From Takakia lepidozioides (lineage: Eukaryota > Plantae > Bryophyta), in assembly GCA_030704615.1 (NCBI GenBank), contig CM060731.1, positions 47,616,001-47,680,000 of the forward strand: a DNA stretch of 64,000 nucleotides, in the 5' to 3' direction. Of the stretch, positions 50,001 to 63,500 are shown piece after piece. Numbering within the stretch: position 1 is the stretch's first letter; each line of letters begins with the position of its first letter. The translations under genes and the position numbers were made by a program. A model generated the notes under the pieces. It searched no databases. It was not told the DNA's origin and saw only the letters and a program-made list of their open reading frames with translations.

Positions 50001-53000
50001 AAAGGCATGATGAAAAGCAATTCAACATGTTGGACACCGAAAAGCACTGCAACTGTCCATTTTTGATGGGCTGTTGCAATTAGTTTCCAGGAACATCATT
50101 TTTTTTTACCACCAGACTAGAACTGCAGTAGTCTGCAGTAACAGAGGCACCCACTGTACCTGTAATGCATTTGGGGATGTCACTCCAAAATCAGCCAAAA
50201 GTGTATACTTTCCAGGAACGGTGATCTTCAGTACAAAAAGATGTTTAGCTTTCCATGGCACACTTTTGGGAAGCATGCATAATGTACATAGTCCAGAATT
50301 TCCCACTCCTGCATGGCTATATTACACAGCATTCAATTCAGTGCATTGCCAAGGGCTGGCCATCACCCCACTAATATCGTGGCTTCTGAACAATGAAGGC
50401 AGGCTTCTTCGTACATTACGAGACCTCTAGCCAATGCCATTCCTCTTCTAGTGAGGCCTAACTTTCAGAAGCACAGTAACGACATTTTTCGTTTCACCCT
50501 CCAGTTGTTGCAAACCCAAGACTCAACTGCACATGAGCCATCACAGACATGGAGAGCATCTTTCACTAGGGATACCTCTCTCTCTCTCTTGTTCATGCAC
50601 CACCACTGCCTGCTGTGGGAGGGTTAAGTATCCAGGAGACTTTTGCCCATTTCTGTCTCGATCTCTCTGAGGCATATATATTGTTTCTTTAGAGACTCCC
50701 AGTCTCTGGCACAGGACTCAGGCACAGGCTCAGGCTTTGAGTCTGCATGGCAACCCAGGTGCACGGCACTTCATCTATGAATGTCCTTCAATATTTTTAG
50801 TGGCTTGGTTCCATGGACCCTTGGCACCCCCTGTTGACATTATGAAGCTCTCTCTCTCTATGACCACAAGGCTATGTCTTATAAGTACAGTCTCTCCCTC
50901 CATGATTGTGGCTAAGTTCTTTGTAACAACACTCAAGAATTGCCTGATCCCTCTGGCTCGCTTTTGTCTACTTCCTGGATGTCAAAAAGGCTCATGACGT
51001 AAGCGTGACGGGCTGTGGCTCTGGGCTTTGGTCTTCTGGGGTCAGGGGAAAGATGTGGAGGATGGTCCACAACCTGTATGCGAACACCAAAAGCTGTGTT
51101 ACCGTCAATGGACAGAAGTCTAACATCTTTGACATTGAACAAGGTGTAGCAGGTTGTACCCTCTCCCCATTGCTCTTCAATGTTTTTATAAATCAGCTTC
51201 TTGAAGATAAGCTGGGTGGGTGGTTTGGGCTAAAGGTGGGTGATGCCACTATACCAGCTCTTATGTTTGTGGATGACTTCGCAGGCCTAGGGGATACCCC
51301 ATCCACTCCAGGAGCTCATTGATTATGTGAAGAGGTTCTTTGACCTGTGCCCACACATATCTTGGTGTTGAGTTTTCCTCCCACTGTAACTGGGATGCGC
51401 ATAAACAAAAAGTGATTCAATCACCTAAACGTAAAGCTTTGGGTCTCAATAAATTTTTCCACTGCAGAGGGATTAATGCTGAAGTTAAAAGGACCATGCT
51501 TGGCAATGTTATTAGGCCGGCCTTGGACTACACATCTGCTGTGTGGGTCGACAGTGCCAATCATGCTAAATCTCTAAAATCCATTCAGGTCGTGGTGCTC
51601 AAAGAAAGCATGTTGGCTTGTTCTAGAACAACTAATGTGCTGTTCGGGCGAGTTTGGCATACCTCCCTTAAGCTCTCTATGGGATGACTTCAAGGTTCAG
51701 ATGGTGGGGTCAGTTGAATCGCATGCCGATCACCAGATATGCTAAGATAATCAGCGCTATTTCTTGGAAGCAAGACCGTCCTGTTAAACAGGCTAATTCT
51801 TGGCGGAAAAGGGTAGGAAAGATTTTCAAGTATCTCAGTATTAGTCCAGAAGAATTGACCCTACTGGATGAAGCTGACCTGGAGGGGGTTGTGTCCAGAG
51901 CCGTGTCTGATGCACAAAGACTGTCTGATGAAAATGAAGTGGGTGAGGACCTCAAGGATGATCTGAAGGGTCTACCTACCCTTGGCACGAGAGTGAAATT
52001 TAAACTCAGGGCGGGAGGCCTATTTTTGAAGAATAAACAGATGCAGAGAGGAAAAGGAGATTGTAATGCCAATGTGTGGGCAACCTGAAGAAAATATCCA
52101 TTTTCTGATACATTGTCTGGGGTATTCTCACCAGAGAGTGACCCTCTTCAGCAACATCACCAACATGGTTCCTGCACCTCTCTTCACCCACTTTCAAAAT
52201 CTGGAGGCTGATGTATCCTTGGCAGGCTATCCTTGGTATCCTTGGTATCCTTGGGAGGTATCCTTGGTTCCTGCACCTCTCTTCACCCACTTCCAAAATC
52301 TGGTGACTGATGTATCCTTGGCAGGCTATCCTTGGTATCCTTGGTATCCTTGGAGGCTACAGTATCCTTGGCAGAGCTTTTAGGTCTAACAGTGAGGGGT
52401 CTTTTGAAGAATAGAAGGACACAGTTGAAAAAACTGTTCCTATGATTCAAGAGAGCCCTGATGAACTGGAGTATATTTCAAAGGGTTACAATGCTCCCAT
52501 TAGTTCTTCTGAGATTATGGAAGCAATTGAGCATTTAAACGGATATAAAGCTGGTGGACTTGATGGCACAGTCAATGAGCTTATCAAGCATGGTGGCGAC
52601 CCCATGATAGAGGCCCTTGTACTTCTCTTTAACCTTATATGGAGTAATGAAATTATCCCCTTTCACTGGCGACAGGGAGGTCATTGTCAATCTACACAAG
52701 AAAGGTGACAGAGAAGAGCCGGGGAACTATCAATGCAGTTGGCAAGATATTTTGCAGACTTATAAGTACTCGTCTCGAGGTTGATCTGGAGTCTAGAGGT
52801 TGTTTCCACGAAGGCCAAGCTGGCTTCCAGAGAAACAGGGGCTGTGTGGATCATATCTTCACTCTAAGCCAGGTTATCCAGGGAAGGAAAAAAGAAGGGA
52901 AACCCATTTTTGTCTTTTTCTTGGATGTCAAAAAGGCTTATGACACAGTGTGGAGAGATGGTCTCTGGTTCCGACTCTGGTCATCTGGGATCAAGGGAAA

Positions 53001-56000
53001 GATGTGGAGAGTGGTCCATAACTTGTATGCTCACACCAAAAGCTGTGTCACCGTTAACGGACAGAAGTCTAACTTCTTTGACATAGACCAAGGTGTAGCT
53101 CAAGGATGTACCCTCTCCCCTCTGCTCTCCTAAACTCTCATCAATCAACTCCTTGAGGATGTGGAAAGTGAGGGATTTGGGTTAAGGGTGGGTGATGCCA
53201 CCATACCAGCCCTTATGTTTGCGGATGACTTCGCAGGCATAGGGGAGACTCCATCCAATCTTCAGGAGTTGATTGACCGCGTGAAGAGATACTCTGACCT
53301 TTGGGGCCTAGAGGCTAACGTCAGTAAATGCACAGTGGTGGCAATCAACGACCGAGGGGAGGGAGGAGGCGATCTCAAGTAGCAGTGGGAGAGCCAAGAG
53401 ATTCCGGTCCTCAATTCCTACACATACCTTGGCATTGAGTTTTCCTCCAACTGTATTTGGGATGCACATGTTCAAAAATTTCAATCTGGCAAACGCAAAG
53501 CGTTGGGTGTTGGGTCTTACTAAATTTTTCCACTGCACAGGGATCAACTCTGAAGTAAAAAAAACCATGCTTTGCCGTGTTAATCGTCTTGCTCAGTTTC
53601 TTCTTCGACCGAAACGGGGAAAAAAGGCTATTAGGCCTGCCTTGGAGTACGCATCGGCAGTATGGGTTGATAACTCCAACCACGCTAAGTCTCTAGAAGG
53701 GTGCTTAAGGAGTGCATGTCAGCATGCTCCAAAACAGCCAATGTGGCTGTTCGGGTGAGTTTGGCATCCCTCCCTTAAGCTCCCGTCGAGATGAATTCAA
53801 GGTCAGATGGTGGGGTCAGCTGCAATGTATGCCTAATATCAGATATCCTACGTTAATCGACTCTATATCTTGGAAGCAGGATCGCCCTGTCAAACAGCCT
53901 AAGTCCTGGCGGAAGAGGGTAGCAGAGATTCTCGAGGATCTGAATCTAAGTCCGCAACTTGACCCTGCTGAATAAATCTGACTTGGAGGCTGTAGTGTCC
54001 AAAGCCATGTCTGTTGCCAGGAAATTGTCTGATGAAAATGAAGTTGGGCAGAAAACTTCCCTGAACTTGTTTCCAGTCTGCGATATGGGGGAGGCCATCA
54101 TGGATGACCTCAAGGATTTACCCACTCTCGGCACTAGACTGAAATTTAAACACAGGGCGGGAAGCCTACCTTTGAACATGTTCCCTCTTGTTCCGCCCAA
54201 ACTGGGTGGGGGTCTATGGCCACATGGATATGGCAAACATTCCCTCTCTCCCTCTCCCAATCCAGGCCACATAGCGGTGGGCAAGCATCTCACCTCATAC
54301 ACATCGAAGGCAACTTCAACGGGGCCATTCGTGTAAAGCTCTGCCATCAGGTCCTTGCGGTCAGATGAAATTTCATAAACACTGGTTCCTTGATGCTTCG
54401 AATCCAACCAAAACTCATCATTCACACATGCCTTCACACACTTAGGGGTATCATAGGTAGGAGAGCAGCCCGGATGTGCACAACCTATTTGATCGAAGTA
54501 CGGGTCGCACTGCCATCCGCCAAACACCAAGTCAGAGTGCATACACCACTCATCATCATGAGGAATACATGTTCATGTATCTCTCAATCTCTTTTATGTA
54601 AATGAAAGATCCCATCACATTTTTGGAGAAATTCACAACAGGGATCACAAATGGTCCAGCACAGACAGCATAGATCAGAGGCTTCTCGAAGAAATCACCA
54701 GCTAAATGTACTCAACAAGCTCAAATGCTTCAATTCATGCTGCTATCAAGAAGATTGGAACACATATATACACTACACAAAATCTCCCTGTGAAGTAGCT
54801 AGAGACCAGAGGGTGGATTAGTGAAGACAGACTCTGAATTGATCCAGTGAAATCTAAAATGTTGCAATTCAAAAGCAACAAAAGGACACATCACTTAGGG
54901 AGAATAGACGGCACACAGAAAGCACCTTGTCAGTAACAACTCCACTATGCTTGAAGTACTGCCAAGCTCTGTACGGGTAACCGCCCTCGCAGCCGTAGCC
55001 ACACTCAAAGCCACAGCACGCCAGTAGATCATTCACTGACAGCACCACACTCTAGATACAGGAAATTGATAAGACATTAGAAAACATAGTAAACTCGTAG
55101 GTAACTCCATGCAAATGTTGCTAGCATTTCTAAATGACAATGTGGCTGACTTTTCTCCATTACAATCAGCAGCACCCTGGCAAAATCAGTGATTTACGTT
55201 GATCTGTAGAAACAAGCGAAAATCGAACCCTAAACACAGCATGAGTGGTAAGGCCAGTCAACTAAAAAACCTACTTCATTGACGTGGATGCAGAACCGGT
55301 CTGTGAGCGACTCCACAGCTCCAAATGCCCAGCACGAACCACAGTGTCCCTGTCCATTTACCATGTACATACCTCAGTAGAAACTCTTCAACGTAATTCA
55401 CACAGGTGTTTGGCCGTCCCTCCCTGCTCACCTACCAGTCAATATCTCTCTCCCTGCTTCCCAATGTGACGTGAAAGAAAAAACAGACATCAAAGACTGC
55501 AGAGGGAAGAAGTCTGTGGACTTGAACCAGTACATACCTGGTCTATTTGTTTGATGGAACATCGGATAGACAGAGTATACAGGATCCCAGAAACACAATG
55601 CCACAGATGGAGGTAGTATTAGATATGTCCACGCAGACTACCTCCAGTGGAGATGCTTCTACTTGTAGCTTTGAATCAAATCCCTCAACAATTGCTGTGA
55701 AGCACTACCTGAGAGGATTTGGGTCATCATATGAGATGTGAGCATTCAGAATAGGTAAAACAACAGCTGGGAAACTAGGTGACACATCCGGAAAGCAATA
55801 GACACAGATTTTTCCCTGTGAGAGGACAGGGGGAGAGCACCTAGAATGTCATCAATGGTGGGACAGTGAGGCCAGGCTTCCCGTGCATCAAAAGTCTTGG
55901 GCAGCTTCAGAGTCATATGGTCAAAACCAACCCTCATTATAGACGAGTCCAACTCGTTGGCTGGTGCAATTATTGTGCCACACATCTGCTTGAATTGCTT

Positions 56001-57600
56001 TACCTGCACCCAACAAAATTCCCCAGAAGGACATTGTTAACACACCCTTCCCCACCTTCTCTCGCTATCTTTCTCGAATACACAACCTAAACATCAGCAA
56101 AATGCTATTTACCAGCTCACAATACCACCCTCAAACTCTAGATGGACTCTACCAAAATGGCATAGCCTTACCGTGTGGTCTGCAAACCGCTCATTGAAGC
56201 CAGCCTTCCAGGTTGCTTCAGGGTGGCTGTTTATGCTGTCCACAAGTGATTGCTGCCATCCAACCCAAAACACGAACTTTACACTAGAGTATATGAAAGC
56301 ATAGAAAGAGGCAGAGAGTGAAGATAAACATGGCCTCCAGTATGCTGATGTACTCCAGGATCTACTGTTTGCATAGCACAAAAGAGGACACAGGACAGAG
56401 AGGGAGAAAGGGAGGCCTGGGGCAATGGTGGGGAGAGGGACAGATGGATGGAAGTTCCATCTGAAGCTTACGATCATGGGGCACAGCGTGGACCAGCAAT
56501 TGTGTATCATCCAGAAGTAATGTACAAAGTGGTCAATTCAGGATGCACCTGGCATCCAATCTAGCAGATTGCAAAGTAGACAATTCCCTTTGAAAGGCTT
56601 CCTCATGACCTACCGCACCAACACGAAGGCAACATGGCAAGACTATCAGCTCAGAGTCCAGGTAAGAATAGTAACCTGGAGTAAGGGCCTCTGATCACCA
56701 AGAAGGCCAGGCTCTCGCCTGGTTGCCTGCACTCAAGTTTCAGTTAGACAAGCACTGTGATCACTAGTAATCAACCTTGGTGTCAAAATTGGATTAAGTT
56801 AACCGATCAATAGGGGCTCTCCTTCACCTCTGAACTTCTATTTTAGAAAGGTATGTGCAACAAAAGCTGTTCTTTGGCTGAAAGACTGCGCTGCACTGAG
56901 AAAATCGATTGTAAGTCGTGACTCCAGTGCTCTAACCATCTTGACCCACAATACATTGCAGGTGGTCAAGTGCCAGGCATGATTGTCCCGAATTCCAGCA
57001 AAATTAGAGCAGAAACAAAACTCTCCTTCTTGAGTGTGGTATATGAACAGCTCCGTGATAACTGAAGCCTGTACATAGTTGTCAACCATACAAAGTAAAT
57101 TGTATGGGATAGAAATACTACTAGAATAAAAAATAAACAAACTGCCCCAATTTCGTCATCAGGAAAACCCCATAACACCTTCCACAAAAGGTAGGTCTGT
57201 GATTTCCACAGTTATAACACCTTCTAGTGAAGTACCAGTTTACAATTCAGAGGTAAAAGAACATGACCTCAATAAATCAGTGGATGTTTTGGGACACAGA
57301 ACAAGAAATTCAGACAGAAATCTTCACGGATCTGGATTAGCGTTCTCCTCATGTCCTGCGTCATGAAGAGAATCTCAAATCCACGTTCTCCATTCCCTCG
57401 TGCGAAAGGCTCAACGCTCAAAAACTACTTTGACCCCATTCACCGATCGAGCCAGACAAACGTACACCCACATGGAGAAAGCAAGAAGGGCGGAAGCTAC
57501 AATACCCCACAGCAAGACACAAGATGTGTGAGAGCACCTGAGCTGACAACGCCAGGCAGAAAAGACACAGAGCCACAAGCAGATAAGATGCGTGCGCCAT
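44032..57600 (-). CDS. Cathepsin B-like cysteine protease (papain C1A), 11 exons: 57538-57600, 56676-56726, 56172-56252, 55841-56003, 55538-55542, 55275-55349, 54926-55051, 54294-54509, 49877-49990, 49695-49730, 44032-44133
   Basis: Signal peptide [21 protein letters not shown], followed by [84 protein letters not shown] and [16 protein letters not shown]. All introns are GT-AG. Confidence 0.95.
44506..49300 (-). mobile_element. Degenerate near-full-length non-LTR retrotransposon (RTE/RTEX-like) in the last cathepsin B intron; 5' limit approximate
   Basis: ORF1-like [11 protein letters not shown] remnants (LGTFNF.., NSNGRRLI), RT motifs [34 protein letters not shown] and LMFADD, and a C-terminal [17 protein letters not shown]. 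The 3' end is ...GGCAAACAACGTCTTATGAGTACA. Confidence 0.9.
46003..47142 (+). mobile_element. 5'-truncated copy of the same LINE family nested in opposite orientation
   Basis: Flanked by the 16-bp direct repeat TATGTCAAAGAAGTTA at 45987-46002 and 47143-47158. Removing it restores the host RT sequence (NFFDIDQG). Confidence 0.92.
50960..52230 (+). mobile_element. Older, more diverged LINE fragment of the same family (RT to C-terminal Zn knuckle)
   Basis: [33 protein letters not shown] and [14 protein letters not shown]. Confidence 0.88.
52166..52375. repeat. ~99-bp duplication with (CCTTGGTAT)n sub-repeats
   Basis: GGTTCCTGCACCTCTCTTCACCCACTT..CCTTGGTATCCTTGGTATCCTTGG occurs twice. Confidence 0.85.
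52380..54240 (+). mobile_element. LINE fragment (RT domain to 3' end, with internal deletion) in cathepsin B intron 8
   Basis: [43 protein letters not shown] and LMFADD. It is near-identical to the minus-strand copy at 44950-47480. Confidence 0.92.
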
Positions 57601-58654
57601 AGATCCTCCGCGCCTGCCAAAAATTTCATCCCAAACAAGCTACGCACTCTTGGCCAAGTAATAGAAGTGCCCGGGGAGTTGAATGCTCTAACAGCCCAGT
57701 CAGCGCATCCAGCCCCGGCCCTCTGGGCCGCCTCGGGCTATTGTACTTGTAATCTATTGCTCCAAGGTCTCCCCGGACATATTCATGTGGACCCCACATT
57801 AATGGCTGCTTATGTGGCCCCCACATTAATGCACTGGAGCCTCCACGACTCCCATGCCATGCTATAGTCGCCATAGCCAGCCTCGATACTCCGCATCAGC
57901 CATCCATGTCCTCCCTATGCTCCATGTCCCCATGATCTATCCCATGCCCTCCTCAACTTATTTTTGATCCGTTCTAACAATGACTGAAGGTCGGAGACTA
58001 CCGTGCCTATGTTGTCGGATGATAATTAAATCTCAAAAGAGGCTGCCGAAAAATTTAAAATTAAAGCCCACCCAACCCCAAATGTCAGGAATCTGACCCC
58101 AAGACTTGTCCCGCCACAATCTCACACATTACCATTACACTAGCCATGTATATATATTGTAATAACACTTTTTTATTACTTACCATGACTAGGGCTTTGT
58201 GTTGCTCCGCACTACTAGCTCCGCACTACTAGCGACGAATTCTGAGAACTAAATTCAATTTTTCACAAAAAAAAGGGGTGGGTCATTCCCACGGTGTTAC
58301 ATGAAGAGATCCCGTGTTTTGTTTTTTCTAGAAGAAAAATGGCGGATCTGCTCAATTTTCACAAGCCGCATCAATCAATAACAACATACCCAAATACCCT
58401 TACATTCACTATATGAACTTTCAATCATCCACCGTGGGATTGGATCTTGGTGGGTTAAGGCTAGCTTTTGACAATATTCATGCAAGTTCGTCAAGGGCTC
58501 CATCCAAAGCCACACCACGAGAAACAAACAAACATGTCCAAATTTAAGATGCTGAACAAACTTGTGCACAGGACTGCCCCTCTCATCAAGCTCATTAAAA
58601 TTCGTATTCACTTCCATCTTCAAGCTTTGGAGAAGCTCCACCACCCAAACCCAG

Positions 58655-59640
58655 AATTATAGCAACACATAAGTCGCGGCATCCTGTTCATCCCACTTGA
58701 GGATAGATGTTGCCACACATTCAGCCATCTCCACATTGCCATGGATTCTGCAGGCACCAAGCAAGGCCTTCCACACCACAACATCTGGATTGATTCGCAT
58801 TTTATTAATCAGGTACCTTGCCTCATGTAGGTGTCCCGCACGTCCAGTAGGTCCACCATGCAGCCAAAGTGCTTTACTGGCAGGGTGACACCATGATGTT
58901 GACTCAGGGAATCTAAGTAGCGTCTTCCTTCATTCAGTAGGCCAGTGTGGCTGCATGCAGAGAGAACACATATAAAGGTGATACTGTCCAGCTTCAAGCC
59001 ATTCTTTTGCATTCCTTCAAATAGTTGCAGGACCTCCCTATGACAACCATGCTGGGCATATCCTACGATCATCGGATTCCACGACACCACATTTCATTCA
59101 GCCACATTGTCAAATACTCCCTTTGCATCCTCAATGCACCTACATTTCGCATACATGTCCACCAGGGCAGTGTCCAGAATGACATTTGGTACAATTCCAG
59201 CTTTGATGATGTCACCATGCACCTTTTGCCCTTTTCCAGGGCTGCCAGGCTTGCACAAGCATTGCAAACGCACACAAACGTGATGTGGTCGGACTTCACC
59301 CTTTACCCATCATTTGCTCATAGGTCTCCAAGGCCTCCATCCCGCGCCCCTGCTGTGCATATCCTGCAAGCATGGCATTCCATGACACCAAATCTCGTTC
59401 AGCCATACTGTTGAACACTTCATCTGCATCCTTGATGCACCCACATTTGGCATACATGTCCACGAGGGTACATCTGGTACAATTCCAGCTTTGGCGATGC
59501 AACCATGCACCTCTTTGCCCTTTTCCAGGGCTGCCAGGCTTGCACACGAACTGCAAACGCACACAAACGTGATGTGGCTTCACCCCTTCCCCCATCATTT
59601 GCTCATAGGTCTCCAAAGCCTCCATCCCAGTGATCAACCA
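58655..59640 (-). pseudogene. PLS-class PPR pseudogene
   Basis: Frameshifted fragments LVDMYAKCGC, LVSWNAMLAGYAQQG, ITFICVLSACSHTGL, HFGCMVDLL, ALLGACRIHGNVEMAE and LKWDEQDAATYVLL*. Confidence 0.9.
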
Positions 59641-60004
59641 AGCTCCTTCAACTCGGTGCTGGTGCTCTGGTCCTTGAACTTGAGATATAGTCACAGCTTA
59701 TGCCTGGAAGGACAGATTAGATGGTCATCAAAATGTGGCTCGTGGTCCACGGTTAAAAAGTGTGTGCTTGAAAAGTAGCAGTGAAAAAAGTTTTGCTCTT
59801 TCCAACTTCACCCTTCATATGGAGCTCAGCATTCCTGTCACTATAACATTATGCAGGGCTATAAAACTAAAATCAATAACTCTGCAACCAGGCTGTTGAG
59901 TTTGCATGTGGACAAGTGCTTCGGTGAGGCAATTGCCGGAAAATAAGGTGATACCTGCTGCTGCAGAGATAAGATAAAACCTGGTGGGAGCCAATCCCAC
60001 AAAA

Positions 60005-60461
60005 GGCTACCCTTGGCACTAGACTGAAATTTAAACCTGGGGCAGGGAGTCTACCTTTGAACAATAAACAGATGCAGAGCGAAAAAGGGAGATTGTCAAT
60101 GCCCAATGCGCAGGCGGCCTGAAAACAATATCCAATTTCCCTATTCCCAACAGAGAGGGACCCTCTTCAGGACCATCAAGAACATAGTCTATGCGTCTTT
60201 GTTCACCAACGTCAAAATCTCGAGGCTGAGCCTAAAGCCTCGGGGGTCTAATTGATGGGCAGCTCACACACAGCAGATTCATGCTTGTGTGAAGGGTTTT
60301 TTAAAGGATACCTGGAAAGCTCGAACTATTGTTTTTTCCAAGGTAAGTCCCACTACCGGAGTGAGCCCATCACAAAGGTAGAGTCTGTTCCCTCTTGTTC
60401 CACCCAAACTGGGCGCAGGTCTATGGCCAAAAGGCTACGGCAAACACTGTGTTATGAGTAT

Positions 60462-60503
<42 letters not shown>

Positions 60504-60595
60504 CACGCCATTCTGCCAAAACTGGACACGGGTTCTGTGGCCTCAAGGCTGAGGCAAACAACATCTAATGAGATGAGTGCATTTTTCTCTCTCTA
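60005..60595 (+). mobile_element. 3' fragment(s) of the RTE/RTEX-like LINE family ending in (CT)n
   Basis: GGCACTAGACTGAAATTTAAAC...GGCTACGGCAAACAC..TTATGAGTA followed by (CT)n at ~60465-60498. A second short 3' end lies at ~60510-60593. Confidence 0.85.
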
Positions 60596-60599
60596 AGGT

Positions 60600-63500
60600 A
60601 GGTCCCCTTCACGGAATGTGCCTTCCATGATTGTAGCAGCCCCCTGCTCCTCTTCCGCCACATTGTATCTGTGAGTTCAGATATACACGTGGTTACCCTA
60701 GTAAGAAACTTTCAGCACAAGCACTGTTGATCGTACATCTGTCTAGCCCATCTGCAACAGAGTCTATACTCCATAGCCAGAAGGTTTCTCATGCTTATTG
60801 CCTTGTCATCTCTCTTGATCCACCAGTTGAGAAGAGAAAAGGATTGACTGCACACCTAGTCTGCTCTGAGTTACAATCAATGATACGGGCAGAGTTCAGA
60901 TGATGCCTTACTTACGTAGAATACACATGCAGAGCTCCTGACAAAACAGCACACACAAACTCCAGCTGCATCCCCACCAGAGACATAACTGAGACATTTC
61001 AGGGTTGTGACTGTTTGAAAGACAGCATGCTTATGTCTCACAACAGAACAGCTCTTTCCTATTCTTCATGATCTCTGGACCCAGGAATAGGTGGTGATCT
61101 TCTTTTCACATAATGTTATCACCAACACACTGACCAGAACATATATACTTATAAAGCAAGGAGGAGCTACAGGATAGGTCACTTGGTATTGCAGAATGAA
61201 TTGCTGGCAATTCCTTATTTGCGGCTGTGACATTGCATAGACACAAGCCAAGGTCGAAGCTTCCTCTTGAGCTCTTTCTGTCGTGAACTCCATCATTGGA
61301 CGGGAAGGGAACAGAATAAGCCAAGTACAACCTCAGATTGTAAACCCACAAAAGATGTTCACAAAACTACAGCCACTGTGCTGGGATAAGGAAGGTGAAT
61401 GGCAAACCAATTCCCGACCATCACTGTCTAAAGTCTCCATCAAGCATCATGACAAGGATAAGTACATGTTCAATAAACAGAAAGTTGGCAGGGTTGCAAC
61501 ATGTCAACTGCAGCAGAGCGGAGGAGGCCTGTGTGACATCACAATCAGCCCTTGCCCACATTCTAGAACCAGGCAAGCAGTGACTACAATGCAAGTAAGC
61601 CCGCCCACATATTCAAGAGTCAGTGTAATTAAATAGGTCTAGAGACACTCCCTGGTCTTGTATGAACAAGACTGTAAGAGATAAGCTTACTGCAATCCAC
61701 TCTGATGCTCTCTCAGTTGTGTGGTAGGACTCTCCTTGATCTCGTAAAAAAAACCTTCCACATAATGATAATGGGAAAGGTGATCGACAAAAAAATTCAA
61801 CTCCTTACAAATCCCTGGTGATCCTGGTATGACTGCATCATCATGCCTTAGCATGTTTGCATAATTGCTTTGCATGACTAGGCCATGAGACAGAACAATT
61901 CAAGCGAGACTTCATGTTCTCCACTCCCTTGGACAGAGAGAATTATCTCCCGATGCCTTATCTACAATGCGAAGTCAGTCAAAAAACCATCAACTGTCGA
62001 TTATACAAATTGCTCGGGTGTTATGCTTGGGTTACTCTGTTTGAAGCACGTGAGTGTCCAATCAGCAGAGTAATGGTGCATCCATTCACTTCTATCACAA
62101 ACGTGTAGAATTCCATGTATATTATCTGACTTTAATGTGCAAAAAACTAGCAATATCAGACCTTACAGCAAGCATGATCACAATGTCAGCAAATGCAAAT
62201 CGAATGAAGTTGGAGAGATAGGGTGGGTATAGATGCAGTGATAGGTCTCGTATGCAGGTCAGCTGCAATGTAGGACTAAAAACACATACCCTAAGTTAAT
62301 CGACTCTATCTTGGAAGCAGGATTGCCCTGTCAAACAGGTTAAGTCCTGGCGGAAGAAGCGGTTTTCAAGGATCTGATTCTGAGTCCGCAAGTTTTGACC
62401 CTGCTGGATAATTCTGACCTAGAGGCTGTGGGGTCCAAAGCCATGTCTGTTGCCAGGAAATTGTCTGACAAAAATGAAATTAGGCAGAAAACTTCCCTGA
62501 AAAACTCATTTCCAATCGGTGACATGAGTGAGGCCATCATGGATGACCTCAAGGGTCTACCCACTCTGGGCATTCGACTGAAATTTAAACTCTGGGCGGG
62601 AAGCCTACCTTGAACAGCAAACATATGCAGAGAGGAAGGGGATTGCAAATGCCTGTTGTGTGGGCAACCTGAAGACAATATTCACACTTCAGGTAATCTA
62701 GAGATGGACACAGCAGATGAGGCAAGGCACAATGGCTGTACCACCATCATAGAAGGCTTGCTCTAGGATTCAGGTTTCAAAACAAAATCATTCTGGTCTT
62801 CCAGTTTTTCTCAATAAAGCTCTTCACCATGGTATGAATTTGATGTGAGTACTCACCCAAGAAATAGACCAAAGGAGGGCATTGCCGCCAGCTTTTGGAA
62901 ATGACCAACAGGTGACAGTCATTTTAGAGATTTCAACGAGGGTGATTCATTTAGAAGACCAACCAATGTAGTACACCACAACATTTCTGTCTCCTCAGCA
63001 TCATGCCACAATTTTGTTGTTGCTGCCAAGAAGAAAATATAATCCAGGTTAAATTGAACCAACCTGAACAGTGTCGATGTCCATAGTAAGTGGAGCACTT
63101 GAAGGCATTTCCACATGAAGTGTGTCGACCAGAGAAGGGAGTCCAACTATAACAACTGACTCCTCATTCTTAAACAGAGCCTCCACATCAAACTCCTTGC
63201 TCCAGTCAGCTACAATTGCAGATTTGGCATGCTCACTGACCTCCCGCACAGATGGCACTGTGTAGTAAGGGATTTTTCCTGCCATTGAAACAGGATAAAT
63301 GAATGTCAGTTCCAAGAATCTTCTCGAAGGGTAACCATAGTAACTGTGAATTCTTGGCTTGCATTTGAAACGTGTATAAGTGGTTTTTACTGACTGTACA
63401 TGTCAGCTTTAGATATAGGTACATTTCCACCATATCCCACCATTGATTGAATGAAGTCAGGAAAGTTTCCTAACCTGGACAGTCGAGGGACAATGTTCTG

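Noticed and set aside
58188-58650. Possible Helitron 3' end (CTAG) and hAT dimerisation-like remnant (QDPIPRW)
   Set aside because: No complete terminal hairpin, and the motif is too degenerate to support a call.
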